This document shows, piece by piece, positions 1-6,459 of a DNA stretch of 6,471 nucleotides. The notes below the pieces were generated by a model, which was given only the letters and a program-made list of their open reading frames with translations, searched no databases and was not told where the DNA came from. Numbering within the stretch: the stretch's first letter is position 1; each line of letters begins with the position of its first letter. The translations under genes and the position numbers were made by a program. The stretch is from Octopus sinensis (taxonomy: Eukaryota), in contig NW_021829343.1 in assembly GCF_006345805.1 (NCBI RefSeq), positions 1 through 6,471 of the forward strand. Direction: 5' to 3'.

Positions 1-124
1 ATATATTTCTCAAATTTGTAATTAGGTGAATATGTTCACCAGATTCTTGCAAAAAATATTTTTCAATATTTTCCAAATATTTAAGTGCATCGCATAACCA
101 ATGGGATTGATTCGGAGTCAAGAA

Positions 125-613
125 CTAAGGTTTTTTTTGGAGTACATTTGAAAAAAGGGCAGTTTCATCGCAGTTGTAAAAATTTTTTGATCCATATTTT
201 GATCCATATTTTATTTTATACTCTTCCTTAAAGCGTGAAATCCATGGGTGAGATGCTTTGAAATTTTCAATATAAAATCGTTGAGCAATTTTGAGTGTCA
301 TTTCGCGTACCATTTCATTAGTTATGGTGTGATTACAGAAACGTTTGTTCTGAATCCATGCATATAGTGGTTCATATATCTTATCAGTACAACTTTTAAA
401 TGTAATATTCTTTTTTTGTTTGTGACGCCTTGATCCATACAATTGCATTTTCTTCAACGTTGAATTGATCACTCCAATAGGCATATTAAACCACCGAGCC
501 AAATTTTCTTGAGTAACAGCAGGATTATTCTTCTTGAAATGAATAACTTCCAGTTTTTGTTGAATTTGATAAGTTTTTCTTTTTTTCTTCATATTGTTCA
601 TCCTTGCACACAT
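125..613 (-). pseudogene. pogo/Tigger transposase remnant: CENP-B_N/psq-type HTH, Tc5-type HTH and the first catalytic motif, then a frameshift and probable internal deletion
   Basis: KRKTYQIQQKLEVI...TQENLARWFNMP (HTH1); IYEPLYAWIQ...ITNEMVREMTLKIA...FKASHPWISRFK (HTH2); FYNCDETALF (NxDETxLF motif). Adding one base to the A6 run at 151-156 gives ALFFKCTPKKTL, the expected continuation. No further DDE-core motifs are seen before position 1. Confidence 0.85.
189..212. repeat. 12-bp perfect tandem duplication (GATCCATATTTT x2)
   Basis: Copies at 189-200 and 201-212, encoding KYGS-KYGS in the pogo ORF. Confidence 0.9.
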
Positions 614-673
614 GGTTTACTACAAAGAAATAGCGAGGAAAAATTATTTAAAATTTTATCAAAAATTTTAATT

Positions 674-837
674 TTCGTTATTTAAATATTCGTTAAATAT
701 ATTTAAATACTCACTAATACAAAGAAAAAAAAATTTTATTTTTGAATTTATCTAAGGAAAAACGTAAAAAAATATTTTGACTTTCGTAAAATGAATATTT
801 TCGTTAAATTTTTTTTCGTTAAATGGATAGTCTACTG
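674..837 (-). repeat. pogo terminal inverted repeat arm plus subterminal TTTAACGAA repeats (putative transposase-binding sites)
   Basis: Plus-strand TTCGTTAAA at 815-823, 800-808 and 689-697, with variants TTCGTAAA at 783-790 and TTCGTTA at 674-680. The partner TIR is not in the window, so TIR length cannot be set. Confidence 0.7.
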
Positions 838-940
838 TATGTCGATTTGCGACACCACTAAAAATAGTTGATCCTGAAAACCACACTATAGCCTCACAAC
901 CAAATGAGAGATTTCAGATAGATCTGATTGATCTCAAAAG

Positions 941-969
941 GTGAGACTTTGGTTTTAAATAAATTCAAG
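941..969 (+). other. spliceosomal micro-intron 1 of integrase (29 nt, phase 2)
   Basis: AAG|GTGAGA...TTCAAG|G with an in-frame TGA. Removal plus one A at 977-983 joins QIDLIDLKR to KWLLTVID at normal spacing. Confidence 0.75.
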
Positions 970-1358
970 GTTTAATAAAAAAACCAATCTATCAAATGGC
1001 TTCTCACGGTCATTGATGTATATTCGAAATATGCGTTCACAAAAAATTTGAAAACTAAGAGTGGAAGTGAAGTTGCAGAAAATCTTAAAGAATTTTTTTA
1101 CTTTTGGACCATGCCGATTCTTGCAATCTGACAATGGAACGAAATTTAAAAATTCCTATGTTAGAGCATTATGTGATCGCTTCAATGTCCAGCAAATTCA
1201 TAGTAGACCTAACAATCCAAGGAGCCAGGGAATTATTGAACGCTTCAATCAGACAATCACAAGATCATTATCTAAGATGATGTCCGAAGATAAGTGTTGA
1301 ACAAAGAACATAAAGGAAGCAGTGTATTTTTATAATCTCTCTACCCATTCCTCAACAG

Positions 1359-1382
1359 GTAACATTTGAAAAATATTTTGAG
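1359..1382 (+). other. spliceosomal micro-intron 2 of integrase (24 nt, phase 1)
   Basis: CAG|GTAACA...TTTTGAG|GC with an in-frame TGA. Removal restores the conserved HSSTG-NTPF motif. The acceptor is an atypical GAG. Confidence 0.8.
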
Positions 1383-1550
1383 GCAATACTCCATTTTACA
1401 AATATCGTGGGATCAATGGATTCAACAGCATTGAGATTAATACAGATATTGGTAGTTTAAATGAGATAAATAAAACATTTTTATATTGTGAAGAAACACT
1501 AAATGATGAAAACTGTGCCGACATTGTTTCTGGGCAAAATGAGCAAACAG

Positions 1551-1576
1551 GTTTTCATTAACATTTGATTTTGAAG
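1551..1576 (+). other. spliceosomal micro-intron 3 of integrase (26 nt, phase 1)
   Basis: CAG|GTTTTC...TTTGAAG|AC with an in-frame TAA. Removal links two stop-free exons and brings YFKKMNKR...FKIGDH into frame. The flanking protein is poorly conserved, so the exact boundaries are less certain. Confidence 0.65.
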
Positions 1577-1692
1577 ACACGTCATTTAAATTTACATTTA
1601 ATCCTTTAAAATTGGATTCAGCATATTTTAAGAAAATGAATAAAAGAATGGGCGTACATCAATCGAAATACTCATTTAAAATTGGTGATCAT

Positions 1693-1727
1693 GTAATTTC
1701 CAATTTATCACTATTTCTAAAACATAG
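1693..1727 (+). other. spliceosomal micro-intron 4 of integrase (35 nt, phase 0)
   Basis: CAT|GTAATT...AACATAG|GTC. Removal yields FKIGDHVRVQKD (FxxGDxVxV motif) and an open frame to TAA at 1914-1916. Confidence 0.8.
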
Positions 1728-1927
1728 GTCAGGGTTCAGAAAGATTTTGGGACAAATCCATCCTTAGCTTTTCAAAAATTCGAGTCTCCATACGGAGAGA
1801 TTGTACAAATTTCTAGTATATTGTCAAACAATATTGTCGAATTACGAATGTCCGACGGAACAATGAAAAAAACCCACATGAAACGCATCAAAAAAATAAA
1901 TAAAGATCAAAAATAATTAAAATTTTA

Positions 1928-1935
1928 GTTATAAT
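1928..1935. repeat. left 8-bp target-site duplication of hAT element (GTTATAAT)
   Basis: Identical to 3709-3716 and abuts the TIR. Confidence 0.95.
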
Positions 1936-1946
1936 TAGGGCAATTT

Positions 1947-2099
1947 AAGTTAAAAAAGTTAAAATATATGAAAATGTGTATTTTGGCTTAAAAGTAAAAA
2001 TAAAGTATTTTTTAAATGAAATAGTTACTTATTAAAGAAAAAAATAAAGTTAAAAAGTTAAAAAAAAAATTTTTATAAAGTTAAAAATTTTAACTTTAT
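1947..2099 (+). repeat. left subterminal GTTAAA repeats and a 25-bp palindrome in the hAT element
   Basis: GTTAAA at 1949, 1958, 2049, 2057 and 2080; palindrome ATAAAGTTAAAA-A-TTTTAACTTTAT at 2075-2099. Confidence 0.75.
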
Positions 2100-2124
2100 T
2101 TAAAATAGCGCGTGGGTGTTTAGT

Positions 2125-3629
2125 ATGCCAAGAACTGCAAAAACAATGTATTTTAAGGCAAAAAAAATTGTTATTGAATATCCGCTGGAGTTTTTATTAC
2201 GAGAGAATGGCGAGTTGCAATGTCAACTTTGCTTATGCACAGTCAGGTGTGAGAAAAAGCATTTTGTGAATTCTCACCGAGAATCGAAGAAGCACTCAAA
2301 TTTATTAAGTTTTTACAAATTAATATAATTTTTAGAGAATAATTTCTATCAGCTTTGTTGGACGAGTTACCCAATGATGACTGGTCAATGCAAGTCACTA
2401 AAGCATTTATTCAATGCGATATACCCTTGCATAAATTGACTATGCCTCCTCTAAAGAATTTATTCAAGAATACTTCTTTGCCTCTTCCTTCCCAATACAA
2501 AGCAAGAATGTGCGTTAAACAATTGAAAACTGAATATATTGTATTATTTCAAGAAAAGTTTAGGTTTATGAATATATAATTTTTTAGAAATCAACTTGTA
2601 TTCGCCATAAGTGACGAGGTCACTATTCGTAGTCAAAAATTTGTTGCAGTTTTAGTGGGGATACTTAAAAATCCCGATAAAACTTATTTGATTTCTTTCG
2701 TAAAAATTGATAAAACTTCTACCAAAGAAACAATTATTCAAATTGTTGACGATACGATTAAATGCGTTTTAATTGAAAGACAAAATTTCCTTCTCCTAAT
2801 AACAGATTCCGCTAAATATATGCTAGCAGGTTTTAATTTAACATATAATTATAGCTGGAAAAGTTCTTAAGCTTTTATATCCAAGGTTATTTCACGTAAC
2901 TTGTGTTGCTCATCTGATGCATAATTGTTCAATGAAAATCAGGACTATTTATCCTGAAATTGATTCTCTTATTGCATCAATTCAAGCGGCAATAACAAAA
3001 AATAACAAGAGAAAACGACTATTTAATGAAATTGGAATTCCACCTCATGTAGTTTTAACTAGATGGGGTACTTGGCTAACTGCTGCATTTTATTATGCAA
3101 AAAATTTAATACATGTGATAAACATTTTCAAAACAATTCCTGATGATGGAATCATTGTTCAGGCTGCAAAAAATAGCCTAAGAGATGAATCTCTAGTAAA
3201 AAGCTTAAGTTATATTGTTAGAAATTATTCGACAATTCCAGGTAAAACTAGTTTAATAATAGCAGAATTATTGTGCAAATTTGAAAGTTCTCACTCCTCA
3301 ATAGAGTTAGCTTACAATGAGCTAAAGAATTTAAAATTTGACGACGAATCAGATATAATTGAAAAATATTTGAATGAACGATTACAAAAAATGATTTATG
3401 TCAAATTATAAGAATGACAAATTCATCAATTTCTCCTGAAGAATATTGTATGCTTTTAAAGTGTCAGCCTTCATCCTCTTCCATAGAACGATGCTTCTCT
3501 CAAATTAAAAACTTTATGAGGGATAACAGAAATTTTAATATTGAAAATATAGAGAATATGTTATATGTTTGTATAATAATGATTCTTAAGTTAAAATTTG
3601 TTAGGTTAAATTTTTGTTTTATAGGTTAA
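2125..3629 (+). CDS. hAT-like transposase with N-terminal CGGBP1-like C2H2 zinc finger and 3 small introns (exons 2125-2308, 2336-2563, 2588-2829, 2855-end; ~463-476 aa reconstructed); frameshifted as given
   Basis: MPRTAK...CQLCLCTVRCEKKHFVNSHRESKKH (zinc finger); AFIQCDIPLHKL; FAISDEVT (first D); LLITDSAKYMLAAG (second D); HVTCVAHLMH (hAT CxxH); VLTRWGTW; SSSIERCFSQ (E). One-base additions are needed at T3 2343-2345 and A6 3386-3391 (giving RLQKNDLCQIIRMTN). The stop is at 3627-3629 as read, or at 3587-3589 if a T is also missing at 3568-3570. Confidence 0.88.
2309..2335 (+). other. spliceosomal micro-intron 1 of hAT transposase (27 nt, phase 1)
   Basis: A|GTTTTT...TTTTTAG|AG with an in-frame TAA (2326-2328). 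A one-base correction just downstream is also needed, so support is weaker. Confidence 0.65.
2564..2587 (+). other. spliceosomal micro-intron 2 of hAT transposase (24 nt, phase 2)
   Basis: AG|GTTTAT...TTTTTAG|A with an in-frame TAA (2577-2579). Removal gives EKFR-NQLVFAISDEVT with no other edit. Confidence 0.85.
2830..2854 (+). other. spliceosomal micro-intron 3 of hAT transposase (25 nt, phase 1)
   Basis: CAG|GTTTTA...TTATAG|CT. Removal gives TDSAKYMLA-AGKVLKLLYPRLFHVTCVAH, the conserved hAT segment, with no other edit. Confidence 0.9.
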
Positions 3630-3697
3630 AATTTGGTTATTTTTAGGTTAAAAAGTTAAATTTTTAGGTTAAAAATCGAAGTTTTTAGGTTAAAAAA
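3588..3697 (+). repeat. right subterminal array of (TAG)GTTAAA repeats in the hAT element
   Basis: GTTAAA at 3590, 3605, 3625, 3647, 3655, 3668 and 3689. Confidence 0.8.
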
Positions 3698-3708
3698 AAA
3701 TTGCCCTA

Positions 3709-3716
3709 GTTATAAT
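3709..3716. repeat. right 8-bp target-site duplication of hAT element (GTTATAAT)
   Basis: Identical to 1928-1935 and abuts the TIR. Confidence 0.95.
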
Positions 3717-3966
3717 CCATAAAAAAGTTTTTTTCAATTTCTGTGTAACGTTATATGAAAATTTTGGAGCCTTAGTGCTTAAACGTCTTACGCCTTATTC
3801 TTTTATTAAATCTGTAGTAGATACATTTAGAATTGTTTTTATGTAAGATAACAATTATTAAATCTTAATAAATATATTTTATTTTAATATAGTAATTTTT
3901 AAAGCAAGTTTTTGTGCATTATAATTTTAACAAATTAAAAAATATCATAAAAAAAATTATAACTTT

Positions 3967-3978
3967 TTTTACGTGTTT
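3967..3978. repeat. left copy of LINE target-site duplication (TTTTACGTGTTT)
   Basis: Identical to 6460-6471. Confidence 0.85.
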
Positions 3979-6291
3979 GGACAGAATGTATGTGAATTAG
4001 CATCCATTGATTTAAAAACTTCTATTGGATGGATAACCGTTGGAGGTATATACTCCAAAAGGTTGAAAGATTATTCGTCGATTGTCAAAAATTTTATGGA
4101 AGGAAATGAGAATCCAATTCTTGTTGGAGACTTAAATGCGAAGCATACTGCATATGGGTGCGTGAAGTCAAATCAGGATGGAAATTGTTTACTTAAGATC
4201 AAAAAAACCTCAATTTTCAAATTTTAACGTCTGAAGAGCTTAACCACTTTCAGCAGCAAGGTGGTGATCGATTAGGATTGTTTATTGTTGCAAATGCCTT
4301 AAGTGGTTTGTGTGACCGGCCTTATGTTGAAAATGATGTTGGGAGTGACCATCTTCCGCAAACGATGAAACTACGAACGGGAGCAGTTCTCACTGAGGAT
4401 GTATTTCTTGGTTATAATATCAGCAACATTAATTGGAATCATTTTAACTTTTATATGTCTATGAAATTTGCAAATACTCAAGAATTGAAAATACTAAATC
4501 TTGACGAGATCAATTATTTGGATGAAAGAATAAGGAACATTATTCGAAATTATCTGGAGGACTATGGAAAAAAGAGGTTTCTCTTCTCGTACAAAAATCG
4601 ATTGATAAATGAAGAGCAATCCAAACTACTTCGTGAAAAAAGGAACTTGGAAAGTAAACTAAAGCGGTGTTGGGACCCGCAAGACGCTATCTTCCTCAAA
4701 CAAAGAATAAAATCGATTAAAAACTTATCAGAGGAATTATCTAAGGATATAGTAGAGGAGAGCTGGAAAAAAGAATGCTCTAAACTCTCTCATAAAAATC
4801 CGAATTTTTGGAAACTTTTCTCAAAGATGAGTTCTGATAAAAAGGGTGGAGAGATAAAACTCAAGTCCAGTGATGGCAATCTGATTCCAAGAGAGGAGGT
4901 ACCTGAGAAGTTAAAAGAGCAGCTAGCTAAGATTCAAGAAGTGGACCCTTTGTCTATGATTTCTCAGACTATACAAAATGAGACGTGTATTTGGGAGTTA
5001 CTATCGCTTACGGAGGGGCCATTATGTGGAGCTATTTCTATGGAAGAAATCAAATCAGCAATACACGGATGTAAAAATAAATCCCCTGGTTGGGACTACA
5101 TACCGATGATTATCTTCAAAAAGGCGGGAATGCCTTTGTTATATGAACTATGGAAGCTATTTAACTCTTCGTGGAGTATTGGACATGTTCCCCAAGCATG
5201 GAAGAGGACAATTGTTCGCATGATCCCGAAGAAAGGAAAACCGAGTTCGGATCCTGCAAATTACAGACCAATCAGCCTCATATGTTCTATCTCAAAAATC
5301 ATGGAAAAAATTGTCTTTAAAAGACTATCAACTTATATTGAAGATAAACAGTATCTCTTGAAAGAGCAATGGGGTTTTCGGCGGAACAAGGGCACTGGAA
5401 ATGCTTTTCACTGTTAAAGGAGGCCATATCTACAGCACAAAGGAAAAAAGAGTATCTTACGGCTGCATGTCTAGACATATCAAAAGCATTTGATAGCGTC
5501 TGGCATGCCGGGCTATTACGAACTTTATACAATTTTAGCGTTGGAAAGACAGCCCTAGTTTGGATGAAGAGTTTCCTCTCGGAAAGAGAATCGTTTGTAC
5601 GGGTCGGTAACCAATTATCTAAGAGAATTTTGCTTAAGAGAGGAGTTCCGCAGGGATCTGTCATCAGTCCACTTTTATTTAACTGTGTGATGTGCGACAT
5701 CCCTCAAGTGGATCTCCCTAGCATGGAGATGGTCATCTACGCAGATGATATTTTAATTATGGATTTCTCTATGAGCAAGTCAATATCGTGGAAAGAACCC
5801 ACAGTCATATCGAAAAAATTGGCAAATGGTGCCAGGATAAAGGCTTGTCTTTATCTTTTGAAAAAAGCACTGTTTGCTGGATTGGTAAAAGGAGAAGGAA
5901 ACCTGATGTTTGTATTAACACCGGAGCGATAAAACCCGTGGATGATCTTAAATACCTCGGAATAGTTGTGGATGCAACTGGTTCATTCAAGATGTATATA
6001 AGGAAGAGAAAGAACAAGGCTACCCAAATGTTGAAAGCTCTGATGCGATTCCAGCTGAAACCGGAAACGTTCTTATACGTATACTCTGCGTGTATAGAAC
6101 CCTTCCTGATCTATGGATCTCAAGGATGGTTCGGAAGCTGCGAAGGAAAGAAACATATTGATCTTTTGGAGAAAACGCGGAGATATGCCATTAAACTGGC
6201 ACATGGCTTGGACTTAAAATCCAAACTAACCCCAGAGCTGGAGGGATCGGTACGATCCATTGAAAAACTGTTGCGTCACTTAAATAAATAG
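3979..6291 (+). pseudogene. LINE ORF2: partial AP-like endonuclease + reverse transcriptase, three single-base frameshifts (~770 aa reconstructed)
   Basis: EN: GGIYS, LVGDLNAKH, GSDHLP. RT: KSPGWDYIP, IPKKGK...NYRPISLICSISKIMEKIV, QWGFRRNKGT, LDISKAFDSVWH, GVPQGSVISPLLFN, YADDI, LKYLGIVVD. The frames are joined by adding one base at A7 4201-4207, T4 5405-5408 and about 5751-5770. Confidence 0.93.
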
Positions 6292-6440
6292 TGGTGCAAG
6301 GGGTCGTTTTTTTATCGAAGGGACATCTGGTGTCCCATTAGAATTGACCCCAATCAGCAAACAACTTGTTTCTTCCGTCTTCTGGTTTCGTTTGGCTCTT
6401 CTCTCCCCTTTTAATCTAGTGACGAGTTTGTTACATAGAA

Positions 6441-6459
6441 AATAAACATTTCAATTCAA
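6441..6459 (+). terminator. LINE 3' end: AATAAA polyadenylation-like signal and (TTCAA)2 tail
   Basis: AATAAACATTTCAATTCAA lies immediately before the TSD, with no poly(A) run. Confidence 0.65.

Larger units (their letters stand above)
1..837 (-). mobile_element. pogo/Tigger-family (Tc1/mariner superfamily) DNA transposon, 5' part; the other end lies outside the window
   Basis: The minus strand reads TA|CAGTAGACTATCCATTTAACG from 839 downwards, a pogo-type CAGT terminus with a TA target (838-839). A CENP-B/Tigger-like ORF lies ~225 bp inside. Directly outside the TA, an unrelated integrase frame begins. Confidence 0.88.
840..1916 (+). pseudogene. Ginger/KRBA2-SCAND3-like DD(35)E integrase, 5'-interrupted, with 4 small introns (exons 840-940, 970-1358, 1383-1550, 1577-1692, 1728-1916; ~320 aa reconstructed)
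   Basis: Spliced translation: CRFATPLKIVDPENHTIASQPNERFQIDLIDLKR|FNKKNQSIKWLLTVIDVYSKYAF...FGPCRFLQSDNGTKF...HSRPNNPRSQGIIERFNQTI...YNLSTHSSTG|NTPFYKYRGINGFN...|...YFKKMNKRMGVHQSKYSFKIGDH|VRVQKDFGTNP...KDQK*. There are 35 residues between the D of SDNG and the E of IIERF. Lesions: frameshifts at the A7 run (977-983) and T7 run (1093-1099), and TGA at 1298-1300 where Trp is expected. Confidence 0.85.
1936..3708 (+). mobile_element. complete hAT-superfamily DNA transposon, 1773 bp
   Basis: 11-bp perfect TIR TAGGGCAATTT (1936-1946; reverse complement 3698-3708). Identical 8-bp flanks GTTATAAT at 1928-1935 and 3709-3716. An internal hAT transposase is present. Confidence 0.95.
3979..6459 (+). 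mobile_element. 5'-truncated non-LTR retrotransposon (LINE, APE-RT type; Jockey/I or CR1/L2 group, clade not resolved), ~2.48 kb
   Basis: The coding frame starts inside the endonuclease immediately after the left TSD copy. The 3' end has AATAAA (6441-6446) and CATTTCAATTCAA, then the right TSD copy. It is visibly more GC-rich than its flanks and has no introns. Confidence 0.92.

Noticed and set aside
1298-1300. TGA at an expected Trp position as evidence for a variant genetic code
   Set aside because: It is a single case, one transition from TGG. Trp is TGG and Cys is TGT/TGC elsewhere, and no in-frame TAA/TAG is needed as Gln.
674-3694. Similarity between the pogo motif (CGTTAAA) and hAT motif (GTTAAA) as shared regulation
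   Set aside because: A 6-bp AT-rich match is easily chance here, and the two transposases use unrelated DNA-binding folds.
3588-3697. Right-end repeats as a CRISPR array or telomeric TTAGG tract
   Set aside because: The units are under 10 bp with low-complexity A/T spacers, lie inside the hAT TIR boundary, and match the left-end motif.
1061-4280. GTG/TTG-initiated ORFs (1061, 2116, 2355, 2655, 3973, 4278) as separate genes or a bacterial operon
   Set aside because: They are exon or frameshift fragments of three eukaryotic transposon genes. Spliceosomal introns and the element types argue against a prokaryotic source.
5317-5700. 127-aa minus-strand ORF
   Set aside because: It lies wholly antisense to conserved RT motifs and has no recognisable domain; a shadow ORF.
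977-5770. Programmed ribosomal frameshifting (Euplotes-type +1 at AAA-TAR) as the cause of the frame breaks
   Set aside because: Almost all breaks need a -1 correction, lack the AAA-stop signature, and occur in unrelated elements at generic homopolymers.
5805-6017. 70-aa minus-strand ORF
   Set aside because: Antisense shadow of the RT C-terminal region, with no independent support.
840-6291. Integrase plus RT as parts of one LTR retrotransposon
   Set aside because: The RT is non-LTR type, is linked to an APE endonuclease and has its own TSD. The integrase has introns. No LTRs, protease or RNase H were seen.
6292-6444. Open frame continuing past the TAG at 6289-6291 as an ORF2 extension
   Set aside because: The translation shows no motif I recognise. 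It may be 3' UTR, and only a family consensus could decide.
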